NCBI RefSeq assembly: GCF_006345805.1 | Contig: NC_043000.1 | Span: forward strand, 83,142,001 to 83,206,000 | Direction of reading: 5' to 3' | Length of the DNA stretch: 64,000 nt | Source of the DNA: Octopus sinensis | Lineage: Eukaryota | Part shown: piece by piece, positions 1-13,300 of the stretch | Layout of the letters: each line of letters starts with the position of its first letter | Numbering within the stretch: the first letter of the stretch is position 1 | The notes under the pieces: generated by a model | The model's database searches: none | What the model was told of the DNA's origin: nothing | The model's input: the letters and a program-made list of their open reading frames with translations, nothing else | Translations under genes and position numbers: made by a program

Positions 1-58
1 GGTAGTGATTCTGCTATGAGGGCCAAGTCATCAGCATAGAGGAACTTCCCGGGGCAAC
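1..58 (-). mobile_element. LINE reverse transcriptase fragment
   Basis: Minus strand reads CPGKFLYADDLALIAESL (YADD motif). Confidence 0.7.
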
Positions 59-229
59 AAGAAAATGAGATGACAAAGGAGAAAAAATGTTATGTAGTGA
101 ACTTTGATGTTTTTTTGTAACTGCTTCTTATCTTTGTCATCTCATTTTCTTATTACAGCTCTGCACTCATCTAATGCTTCATTCTGAAGGCTATGTATAT
201 TGACTTCTACATCAGGTTTTTAGTCTCAC

Positions 230-535
230 AATGCCAAAAAAAATGTGTGTGTGTGTGTGTGTGTGGTGCGTGCGTGTGTGTGTGGTGCGTGCGTGTGTGT
301 GTGGTGCGTGCGTGTGTGCACATGTCTTTGTCCCCCACAACTGCTTGACAACCAGTGCTGGTGTGTTTAGGTCCCCATAACTTAGTGGTTCACCAAAAGA
401 AACTGACAGGATAAGTACCAGGCTTTTAAAACAATGAAGTACTGAAGTCAATTCATTCGAATAAAATTTTTTCAAGGCAGTGCCCTAGTATGGCCACAGT
501 CTAATGACTGAAACAAGTAAAAAAATAGAAGAGAA
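230..535 (+). mobile_element. SINE 3' half with (GT)n/(GTGC)n microsatellite
   Basis: Matches the 3' part of the family seen at 44945-45350 in the opposite orientation. Confidence 0.7.
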
Positions 536-551
536 AAGATAGATATTATAC

Positions 552-746
552 CTTCTCACCAGAAGATGGTTTGAATTTGGTAGGTTTAAATGCCATTGCT
601 GATGGTGACCGCCATAAAAGAATGGGAGGCAATGGCACGTTCCTCTCTGGTACAGTGGGTTCCTTATCAAGCATACAGACACTGTTGTTAACTTCATACA
701 TTTTGGACTCTTCTTTCTGGAACTTTATTAAAGAATCCAAAGATTT
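552..746 (-). CDS. CFAP54: CFAP54 exon 19 ([13 protein letters not shown]...[29 protein letters not shown])
   Basis: CAG acceptor, GTATA donor, 195 nt, phase 0 to 0; resembles VPPPPILLSRTHCSVTLKPAPF. Confidence 0.9.
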
Positions 747-3700
747 CTGAAAGTAATAATGAAAAGAAAGGTTGTTTTAATTATTAAAAGATAAGTTGTG
801 AGTTCATTAGTAATATAACTAAATCTCAGTAATGGGGTATCTATATTGGAAGATGGAGTAAAAAGCAAATGACAGTGTTTTAACAGGTGTCAAATATAGT
901 AAACTGCAAACCCGAATGCCTTATACTATTTTGTCTCTCCATCTACATTCTGAGTTCAAATCCTGCTGGAATTAACTTTATCTTTCATCCTGCAGAGACC
1001 AACAAAAGTATACTGGAACAAGAAATGGTTATCAAAACCTATGATAATGATTTATGAGATTAAAACCATCGCTTTTAGAAATTAAACATATTTTTAATAT
1101 TCATATTAATAATGTGTTTCACTGGTTTTGATCTTTGACTATCATCAACTTTCTTATTCCTAGATATACGCATAGTAAGGGACTGGACTTCTGTCCAGTC
1201 TGGAACTATGTACATATCTAGGAATAAGACAGCTGATGACAATTTGAAGATCAAATTGGTCAAAAATTTAAAGCAAATATTCCAAAATGTTTTATCTCTG
1301 AAGTTAATAAACTGAAAAAGTATAAACTTATTAACATCAACTAACCCCAGATTTGACAGAAGTCCAGTCCTTTACTATGCACATATCTAGGAATAATCCC
1401 AGATATTGAAAGATTTTAACATTATTCAGTTCAAAATCTCTTATTCTAATCATCTTTAAAATAGGTGAAAGCAACAGCTAAGTATGATTTTTGTTACAAT
1501 TGAAGCTTCTATTGACAAAAATCAGATTTGTGCCATACGATGTACCTGAATAATTCAATTTCAAAATAAGATAGTATTTATATTGCTATCTAATATTGAT
1601 TTCAAAGTTTGGCACAAAGCTAGCAGTTTCAGAAGAGATATGTCAATTACGTCAACACCAGCACTCAACTGGTACTTATTGTATCAACTCCAAAATGATG
1701 AAAGGCAAAATCAACCTCAACAGATTTTGAACTCAGAACATAAAATGCCACTAAGCATTTGTCCAACATGCTAATGATTCTGCCAGCTTGCTGCTCTATA
1801 TCGATTTCTTATATAAAACCTGTTTATTGCAATTGTTTCAAGAATATACTGATGTTTACTCTTTTTTTCCTTTGTTATCACCATCACTGCTGTTACCACC
1901 ATTGTCAACATCCATGCCATTATCTTCCTTATCATCAGCACCATTATTGCCAGCACAAACACCATCATCATCATAAACATTGCTATTACTTTTAGTAGTG
2001 TAATTCTCCAAGCTTTCAGCAAATTATGATTGTGCATTTATAATATATCACCACCAATTGACAAAAATAAGACAAGAATAGACTTTTCATTCTCTTCTCT
2101 TGATTACAGTTCTTTTACCAAGTATTTAATCACTTCCTAATCATACTGCTGCAAACCACCAAATCATAGCAGCCATTCATCTTATCTGCCACTTAAAATT
2201 TTGAAATATTAAAGTAGAGAGAAGTTATATCTCACCAATTTTGTAATAAAACAGAACACTGATTCCTTTGACTGACCAAGATGTGAGATGACTAACAAAA
2301 TTCACTTAAACCAGGGTTATTAAAAGAAGTATTTTACAAAAGATTGGGATAACTGATAACAATCTTTCATTTATTCCACAATCTTGTGGCTGTAAGGCAT
2401 AAATAAACATTGCTCTTATCTTGAAATGCATTCAGCAACTGTAAATCCAAATGTCAGGTTACAGGAACCAGCAAAAACTTGACAACTGTATCCTCATGTG
2501 CCCTCTACTTGAGCTTCTGGCCAGAAAGAACTACTCCCCTAAAATCGTTCCCCAAAACACCTCCATCCAACTCAATGCATTGCAAAGAAAAGTGGTCATT
2601 TAAATATGCTGTTTCTTGATGTGACATCAATTCCCCTCGCTTCCAGTCCTACATCCTCGTCACTCACTTCATTCCTCCACAAATGCTTAATTTAGTGTAA
2701 TGATAGTTGCTTTCCTTATGGAGGACATACCTCAGTACTATATCCCCATGACCCTCTCAAGAATATTCAGTGGAGATGATGGATAGATGGATGGATACTT
2801 AATTTTGTTGCTCACTTGAGTAAGTTAAACTGGCTACTTTTATGCTATACACCTTTTAGGGAAAACACTCAGCTAACAAAAAACCATATACAACAATTCA
2901 CTTCATACAAAAATACATAGGCAGAGCTTACCTGCAATATTTCTTTTTTTGATTCATTTGACACCACAGCAGCTTGCATTTTCAGGAGGGCTTTCAACAA
3001 ATTATGGGAGCCACATTCATTCAGTAACATCTCATAAGTGACCATGGAAGTGTCTTCTTTTTTCTGGAATGTGGAAGCCAAAAGAAAATGCTTACTGAAA
3101 ATTTCTTTTTAAAAACAAGCATAAAATAGTTTAGTTTCTTTTTAATTAACTTGTTTCTTTCTCACTTGTGGTGAGGGTTTAGAATATATACAAGGAGGTA
3201 CCCAAAAGTAATGGGAAACATTCTCAGTAAAACAAACCCATTGTAGTTCAGGCTTCAGCTGTTAGAAGCCACTTGATGTGACCCTCGGGCATCAGTCTGC
3301 CAACCAGCGGCATCTTGTAAGGTCATACTGTCATGTGGTGCGTCTTTGTTTTGCAGTGCTTCTCCCTTATTCAATGATTTTTGTGGTGGCTGAAATGAAG
3401 AAACAGCATGCTTCTATGAAATTCTGTTTTCTGCTAGGGAAAACAGTGGCCAAAACAGTTGTCATCCTTCAAACAGCTTACAAGGATGCTACCATGAGCA
3501 AAACACAAGTTTATGATGGTTTTCATGCTTTAGGAATGATCACTTGTCACTTGAAGACAAACTTCATTCAGGGCAACTGTTGACCTCCTGAATGAATGGA
3601 AACATCATGGAAATTCATGAACAGATTTTGGAGGACCGTTGCTGAACAATTGACAAACTTGTTGATATAACTAGTGTGTCCTGAGCGAGGAATTGCAAAT

Positions 3701-4271
3701 GAAAAGAGTTGTAGCAAAATTTGTGCCTCGCTTGCTCACAGAAGATCAAAAGCAGTCACAACTGAATGCATATCATGAACTGAAAGAACAGTTAGAAGTT
3801 GATCTGAATCTTTTTTCAAAGGTCATCACTGGTGCTATGGAATTTGCAGATGTGGAAGAGGTGAAGGAAAAAATGACAGAGGTGTTAAAAGGCATCACTT
3901 CACAAGAGTTCCAGGACTTCTTCAGACAGTGGAAAATGCATCTGGACTGATGCATTGCTTCAAATAAAGAATACTTTGAAGGCAATAAAAGTGTAAACAT
4001 GTAAAGCTAAGTGAATAAAACTGCAAAATTCCAGTTTCTCTTGAATACCCTTTCATTTATCTTTTACTTGTTTCAGTCATTTGACTGCAGCCATGCTGGG
4101 GAAAACAAATCAGCCCCAGGGCTTATTTTTTTGAGCCAGGTACTTATTCTATCAGTCTCTTTTGCTGAACCACTAAGTTACAGGGCTTTAAACACCAACA
4201 TCAGTTGTCAAGTGGAGGGAGGGGTGTAAGCACTGACACAAAGGCACACATACATTAATATATACTTACAT

Positions 4272-4303
<32 letters not shown>

Positions 4304-7300
4304 GGGGTTCTTTCAGTTTCTGGTTATCAAATCCACTCACAAGGCTTTGGTCAGCCTGAGGCTGTAGTAGGAGACACTTGCCCAAGATGCCATGCAGTGG
4401 GACAGAAAATGGAACCATGTGGTTGGAAAGCAAGCTTCTTACCACACAGTCATGTCTGCAGCTATATATGTGCACACGTTTATACACACACACACACACA
4501 CGCATATATATATCCAGCCGAGTAACCTTGTATTTCCTCTACAGCAAGACACCTATTTCTGTCTCTCTGTCTCACTATAACCTTTCATCATCTGACACAC
4601 ACAAGATCACCTCCTCCCATGCTCTCTCCCCTCTCAAAAGATTTTTGTCTTGCAGGTTACTTGGTGACCCTGTCAGTGCAGGCGCCACTTAAACAGCATC
4701 CAGTCCACACCGTAAAGTGGTTGGCATTTGGAAGAGCATCCAACTGTAAAAAACCTTGCCAAAACTGACCTCACCTGTACTTGTGCCATATAAACAGCAC
4801 TTCGTGCACTCTGCTGTGTGGTTGGTGTTAGGAAGGGCATCCAGCTGTAAAACTTCTGCCAAAACAGTCATAGAAGTCTGGTGCATTCTTCTGCCTGGCT
4901 AGCTCCTGTCAAACCTTCACACCCATGGAAGGGGGATGTTAAACGATGATGATGATGATGATGTTGATGATATATTTATATATCATCGTTGTCGTCGTTT
5001 AACGTCCGCTTTCCATGCTGGCATGGGTTGGACAATTTGATTGAGGGCTGGCAAGCCAGAAGGCTGCACCAGGCTCTAATCTGATCTGGCAAACTTTCTA
5101 CAGCTGGATGCCCTTCCTAAAACCAACTACTCCAAGAGTGTAGTGGGTGCTTTTTATGTGCCACTGGCATGAGGGCCAATCAGGCGGTACTGGCATCGAC
5201 CACGCTTGAATGGTGCTTTCTACATGCCACTGGCATGGGAGCCAGGCAGGCACCACTGGCAACGACCACACTGAAATGGTGCTTTTTATGACAGGAGCCA
5301 GTCAGGCAGCACAGGAGCCAGTCAGGTGACACTGGCAATGATCTCGCTCAAATGGTACTTTTTACGTGCCACCAGCACAGGACCAGTCAGGCAACACTGA
5401 CATTGACCACACTCAAATGGTACTTTTTATGTGTCACTAGCACATGTGCCAAACAGGAGATACTGTCATCGGCCACGACAATGACTCCACTTGACTCAAC
5501 AGGTCCATGCAAGTGCAGCTCATTGACCAATGACTGAAGGCTACTCCTAGATGGGCTGGTTATGCTGCATTGGCACAGGCCACAGTTATGGTCTCACTTG
5601 GCCTGCCAGGCCCTCTCAAGCACAGTACATTTCCAAAGGTCTTGGTCACTCGTCATCATCTCCGCAAAGCCCAACGTTCGAAGGTCATGTTTCACCACTT
5701 CATCCAATGTCTTCTTGGCTCTACCTCTTCTACAGGTTCCCACCAGTTAGGGTGTGACATTTTTTTTACACAGCTGTCCTTATCCATATGCAGCACATGA
5801 CCAGACCATCACAGTCATCTCTCTTGCACACCACATCTGATGCTTCTTAGGTCCAACTTTTCTCTCAGAGTGCTTACGCATTGTCATGTATGCACACTGA
5901 CATTACACATCCAGTGGAGCATACTAGCTTCACTCCTTGCAAGCTTACGCATGTCCTCAGCAGTCACATCCCATGCCCATGTTTCACTGCCATGTAGCAT
6001 GGCTGTTCACACACATGCATCATACAGTCTACCTTTTAATCTGAGCAAGAGGCCCTTTGTCACTAGCAGAGGTAAGAGCACTCTGAAATTTGCCCAGGCT
6101 ATTGTTATTCTAGCAGCTATACTCTCAGAGCATCAACCCCCACTACTGACTTGGTTACCTAGGTAACAGAAGCTATCAACTACTTCTAGTTTTTATCCCC
6201 TGGCATGTGACAGAAGCTGTTTTCTGCACATCTTCAGTGTTTATTGCCCCTGAGCAATTGCCACACACAAAAACTATCTTCTCAGTTAGCCTTCCTTTGA
6301 TATTGCTGCACCTCTTATGTGTCCATAGCTTACACTGGGTATATCTTATGGAGTTTTTACCTATGCCTTTTTTACAGATTGAGCAGGGCCATCTACCTGA
6401 AGGGATTTGTGATTTGTTTACCTTCCTACTTAGTAAGACTTTGGTTTTTGCTAGGTTGCCGTTACGTTCTGAGTTCAAATTCCATCGAGGTCGACTTTGC
6501 CTTTCATCCTTTCGGGGGTCAATAAATTAGGTACCAGTTATGTACTGGGGTCGATATAATCGACTTAATCCGTTTGTCTGTTCTTGTCCCCTCTGTGTTT
6601 AGCCCCTTGTGGGTAGTAAAAAAATAGGTTTTTGCTAGGTTGACTCTAAGGCCCTTCAATTCTAGACCTTGCTTCCACACCTGAAACTTCTCCTCTAGTT
6701 CTGATAGTGACTCATCTATTAGAGTAAGGTCATCAACATAGAGAAGCTCCCAGAGGCATCTTGTCTTGAATTCCTCTGTTAATGCCTGGAGGACTATGAT
6801 GAATAAGATGGGGCTGAGGACTGATCCTTGGTGGACCCCTACCCAGAATTCTTCACTATACTTATTGACATTTATTTATTTATTTATTTATTTATATCTA
6901 TATATAGCCAGATTAGAAATTTTATACATATTTGAAACTTCAAAATATTGTTTCCTGATCACAGCTTTGTCTGTTATCCTTCAGAGTTATTAAATAAATA
7001 TCAATAATATATTAGTGTTTATAGAACTACTTTTATTTATACTCAATAAAATTGACTTTCTACATGTTTATATTGAAGGCTAATTCATTCAGCACTTGAC
7101 TCAAAGATTTATTAGTGTCAACTAAATTGATTTGAACAATTTATTACTGTAGTTCATAGAATGACAACTACTAATAAATGCAATCGCAATTGATAGTGGT
7201 GGCAGTGGTAGCAGTGATGTTTAATATCTATGATCCATGCTGGTATGGGTTGGATGGTTTGATAGGATCCAACAAGTTCAAAAACTGCATCATGTTACAG

Positions 7301-10300
7301 TATTTGCTTTGGTATAGTTTCTTCGGCTGGATGGTCTTCCTCACGCCAACTACTTTATAGTGTGTACTGGGTGTTTTTTCATGGAACTAGCACAAGTGAG
7401 GTCATCATACAGCCAGTAAGACCAAAATCTCCTTTGATTTATTAAGATTACAGTAAAGGGTAAATGTAACGAGAAATATAACAGCATTTTATAGATTTGT
7501 GGAATTTTGATTTAGCCCATTTTTAATGTCAGTAAAAGAAATCTTTAAAAACCTGGTAAGTTACTCCAATCAGTGACTCGGCACAGTAAAAAGTGATGTT
7601 ATTTCCATGTCATGATAAAATCTATTACATTGGTGGCTTCTTAAATTCTTAGAAAAGAGTCAAATTTGAGTATACTGCATGCCAGTATATGCGTTTAAGT
7701 GATTACTTAGCATATGGATAGAGACTTCATACTTTTTATTGAAGAACCATTATTTGATGCTTTGGTATATGACATAAGCTATCTCACTTTTGCTGGAATA
7801 TAAATGTTAATCTAAGATCTGAGAATTTGACCTCTGGCACACTGATATCTGGTCTGAAAAGAAGTATTTTGATACCAACCTACACAAAACTGCTTCTGAT
7901 TCTATGAAACTAAAGAAACCATTTTCAAGTGTTCCTATTTAAATTAAAACTGTTCAACATAATTTTAAATCTGGTGATTTATTAAATTACATTATAAATA
8001 CCATAATAATAATAGAATAATAAATAAATTTATTAAATTTCACCAAAATTTTGATTAATTAATTGAAATATAATGTATTTCATTAGAAATAAGGTCACAA
8101 AAGGGTTAAAATATCCTTAAAGTTCATTAATTATTGGTTATCATTTTTATATTTAATCAAATGGGACTTTGTTATGACACACAGCAGACTATCATCATAC
8201 TCATTAATTTCCAGCAAATTCAATATTCCACTACTGAGACAGACTCTGCCTGGCAAACCAGTGTTCTGCAGGAAAGTGGTTGGAAGGAATTCTATGAAAC
8301 TGAATTGAAAAACAAATGTGATCTATACTTATAATGAAAGGTATTTAAATAAGAAAACATACGTTGATAGCTGTGATTTTAGCTAGTTTCCCAACTGCTC
8401 CAATATGTTATTCCAATATATTTCAATAGATTAATTTTCCCCTTCCACCTTAGAACATCGTGTATCTTAGGGATGTCTTTTTTAAAACTAATTATTACAG
8501 AAAATGTTAAACATCTATGTTAATCAGAAACAAACGTATAAAGATGATTATGAAAACAAGCTTTTATTAAATTTGTTGTATTTAAACATATTTTATTTCC
8601 CTATAAAATAATTTCTCGATTAAATACCCAAGATAAAATTGGCACAAAACTGATGACTGATTAACATTTCCTTAATCAGGGTCAGGGTTACATTAATCAG
8701 TTGACTTATCTTTCTCTTTCTTTGGATCTTAAACTAGAAATATATTTGGAACAAAAAAAAAAATCATGTAGTATATAAAGCCTTCTGTAATTTCCATTAA
8801 CTCTGCTTTAATTTTTTAAATCAGCCATGATCCAGAAATACAGAAGAAAAAATGAAATCAGTGAATAAATAATCAATGTTCCCTTGTTCTCAAATATATA
8901 TCATGCCAAGAGAAACTTGTGTTTCTCGCAAGAAATTTTTGGGACATGCCTAACTACTCACAGTATTACTATAGGTAATTGTGAGGTTGAAGAGCTAGAA
9001 CAAGGTCTCATTTGTGGTCCTATAGGTGACCTTGGTCACCAAAATGAGATAAAGCTAATCAATGAACTAATACTAGGGTAAATATTTCTTTGCCCCTAGA
9101 GCTTGAGGGATTGTCTAGGGATGTTGGTAAGAGGTCTGATGGACTCTTAGCCCTTGGGCTAGAGGCACATGGGATGTCATCATTAGTGACTTGTCTACTC
9201 CTTACATGTCTTTAATGTTGTAGCAGATATGTGGATTAATACAGCCTTAGCTGAATGAAATACTGTAATCTGCCAGCAAATTATATTTTTCAATCTGTGG
9301 CTTTTGAGATCTTATGGGATGTCAGACTGCTGACAAGTAAGTTTTAGACTTCTTTAATTTATTATCAAAGATTTCCTTCATTTATTATCAAGAATTTTCT
9401 CTTTTCTCTATTTGGAAAACTTTTTGTTAGGGACTGAATTAGAAAGCTATGAAAATCAGAAGTTTCCATAATAAGGAAACAAGAGGCAAAGAGAAAACAG
9501 AGATGTTTGACAATGAAGTATATATTACAATAAACAAGACATGAAAAGTTTTATTACAAACCTTTTTAGAATTCTTTTTCGATGATTGTAAATCTCTTTT
9601 AAGATCTGATTTCACTGGACAAATATCTGTTCCTGAAAAGTAAATTGTCCCATAATTTAATAACTGAATCTGACATAGGCATAAAACACAGAGAATTCTC
9701 TTAAAAGATGTAATGTTATTAGAGCAGATAATATCAGTTATATTTAATTATGTTATATAACTGCATCATTTTCATCATCATTATGATAAAGGCATCAACA
9801 GTAGCAGCTGTATTGATGTCAATGAAGATAATGCATAATAACAGTGATAATGACAGTTGTAAATTAAATGTTAAGTACATATAATTTACACACAATGATA
9901 ACATTTCTGTTGAAAAATATAATTGTTCTTGATCACTGACAGAATAGTAATATGCAACTTCATGTGAGATGTAATCCAAGATAATATTTCAAATTTATCA
10001 TCACAAAATGTAAAACCTCTGAAGTTGTATTTCATTACTATATTTGGAAAATAACATTGATCTAATGAAGTGGGAAATTAATTGTCTGAACAAATTAACA
10101 AATGATTGATCATTATATTTTTATCTCAGTAAAGTCAAGGTTTTGTGTCTTACTTATCAGATTGCATGATACTCTATAGTAAATAAATAACAACTCAGTG
10201 TGTTGATCTCTTATAAAATGACAAAGGGGAGTCTCAAAGTTCAGAAGTTGATCTTTAGGAATTAATTTGTTGACATTCTCAGCTGCAGTCTTAACACTGT

Positions 10301-13300
10301 TTCCTGTTTCAGGGACCTGATTATTCACTTCCTAAACAGAGAAATATACAGAAACCATTATAAGTAATCAATCACAAAATTGATTAATTAATCAAACACA
10401 CACATGTATGAACTATAGATATTCCAATAAACTACAAGAAAAAATCTCAGTTCAAGAAATTTTCAAAAGAAAATTATTGGAAAAAATTTTTTTATTATTT
10501 TTGAATCCTGGAAAATTAGCTGTGAACAAAAAGAGTTTGGAGACAAACAGAAAAACCAGTTAAGTATTTTGATTTGTATTTTGAGAGAGTAAACAATAAT
10601 AAGCTATACAATATATTCTGAAACTATGAGTTAAATAAATCTGAATAGTAAGTCTCAGAAATAAGCTAATAGTTTAGGCTTCCAAATTGCATTGGTATAA
10701 TTCATTTTGTCAGTAATCAAGAAAAAAGATGTCACAGTGACTCAATATGAGATGGAGTCTTAAATATCCTTTTCTACTCTAGGCACAAGGCCCGGTATTT
10801 TGGAGGAGGGGGGGCAGTTGATTAGATCAATCCCAGTACGCAGCTGATACTTAATTTATCGACCCAGCTTGCCACCTTTCTTAAATATCAATACATCTTG
10901 ACTGAAAGGACTATTCTATATAGTATCATACATCTGGACATTGTAGGTACTCAGAATCCATGCTAGGTAGAAGTTTTTTGTCTGAAGCTTCTAGGAGATA
11001 TAGTTGGAGAAAGTAAGTGTTAGGGAGAGGAAGAAGAATAGTAGGACCCCTGAGACCAAAGGAAGTTCTTCTTAGAGTAGAGATCTAGATGAAAAGCTTG
11101 TAGAAGGCTTTACTAAAGGCATGCAAGAGTTGGGGAAATGTTTTAAAACTAAGTAAAAGAAAAAATCTGCCAGCCTAAAACAGTCACAATATTTCAAATA
11201 GACTATCACACTGTTTCTGTTTACCATTTCCCAAATTTCACTCAGATGGCTTTGGTCAACCTAACACCATGCCAGAAGACACCAGCACAAGTTGCTGCAC
11301 AGTACAGAGTGTCTTCATTTTTATATCTACATTCTTTGTGTGAAAATGACTGAAAATTATTTAATGTTCATTAGGCTAAAACAATTAGTTGAGGTGCATG
11401 GCTAAGTGGTTAGGATGTTGGACTCATGATCGTAAGATTATAGTTTCAGTTCCTGGATCAGGTAATGCAATATGTTCTAGAGCAAAACACTTCATTTCAC
11501 CTAACTCCAGTCCACTCTGCAGGCAAAAATGAATAATCCTAGAGTGGACTGGGAAATTGGGAAACTGGCCTTATGGTTCGATATTACTCAGAAAGGAGCT
11601 GTATCATTTATCCTAAAACAAACCATACCAAAAAATTATTAATACATAATACTTATCTAAATTTCTGAGTGCTTCAAAAGTTATATGTATTACTAATTAT
11701 CTTCAGAAAACAGCCAGAAGAGAAAAATATGAATGAATTTACATTGAAAGAATTTCTTTCTTAACCAAGATGTTTTCTAATAGTCGAAGCTGTTTAATAA
11801 CCATACATATTGTGCTCTTACTTTTACAGTCAAAGCACTATGGGACATTGGACTCTCCTGTTTTGCAGTTAAACTGCGAGCTTGGTCAATATCTTTGAGG
11901 CCTTTCATTAGAATGCTTCTTGCTAATCTCAAAAAATCTTCTTTAGTCAATAGGTGAATATCTGATGGTATAAAAGAATCCTCAACTAAATTTGAATATG
12001 CAGAGTTTCCTTCTTTTCTAATTGACATTTCTGGTGGTGATGATGAAGACATCAAAAGCATTTCTTTTTTCTCTATATCTTCTGCAAAATAATAATAGCA
12101 ATAAAAAAATAATAACTACAATGACAACAGAAAATTATATTTTTAATTGCTCCAAATATATTAGTTTCAAAAATTTTGGCACATGGCCAGCAATTTCAAG
12201 GAGGGGATACATTGATTACATCAACCCCAGTGTTCAACTGATATTTAATTTATCAACACCAAAAGGATGAAATGCAAAGTCGACCTTAGCATAATTTGAG
12301 CTCAGAACACAACAACAGATGAAATGCCACTAAGCATTCTGCCCAGCTTGCTAACAATTCTGCCAACTCATCACCTTATTTACTCCTAATATATATTCTC
12401 ATGTATAACTGTAATATGTTTTACTGTGTACTGGTACTTTCCTTTTTTTATATATATATACAGTAGATAACATTGTGTTAAGACATTTTTCAGTCAGCAT
12501 TACTATTATAACTGAAACATGTGCTACTTAAGTTCAATACATTTTAATAATTGATGACAAATTGGAAACCAGATTTTGTATAACTGATAAATCAACCAGT
12601 ACATTACTGATAATCATATTTATGAATTATCCAGTATATGATAGAATATGATTTATGGAAATTTGAGGAAGGAAATGTAAAGTTAACACTGATGGTACTT
12701 GAAGACTGAATTGATGAGATGAATGAAATTAAAGTTTCCTCACATTACCACAATTTACAAATTTGATAGTGAGTCAGTCAAGTAAATTAAATTGGTCCCA
12801 GTAGGAATCTGGTAGTTATTTTACTGATTATGCAGATCCTGAAAATATGTTTGAACTTATTGGATACTCACAGAGAGACACATAGAGAAACATAGGAAGA
12901 CAGATAATTTTTTATTCTTCTAAAAAGTAACTTAATAGTTTACAGTTCATTTTGCTGTCAGATCCACATTTCAAATGATAGACTTAAATGTCTATTGAAA
13001 TGTTTTTATTTTATTAAGTTACCATGATTTCACACCCAAATTAAGATTTATCCCCACATAAATATGGATGTTCTGTTAGAACAAACTTTACTGCAGTTGA
13101 TACAGTGAGAGAAATTCTCATATTAGCTTTTAGTGTAAAAAGCCAACATGAGAGTTTCTCATGCTTAAGTGGAGATAACGTGCATGTTTAAGTGGGGATA
13201 GATATTACCTCTCAGTTTTAATGCTGCCTCTGTCGCTGATATATATATTTTACCAACCTAAGTTAAGGATATTACAGATCCAACCACTTATTAAAATACT

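Noticed and set aside
1759-2037. His/Cys-rich ORF (also 63659-63971)
   Set aside because: Degenerate (CAT/CAC)n trinucleotide repeats with no splice or homology support.
13209-13257. 49-nt AG-GT bounded candidate exon
   Set aside because: Stop in the required phase, and it would shift the frame between exons 14 and 15.
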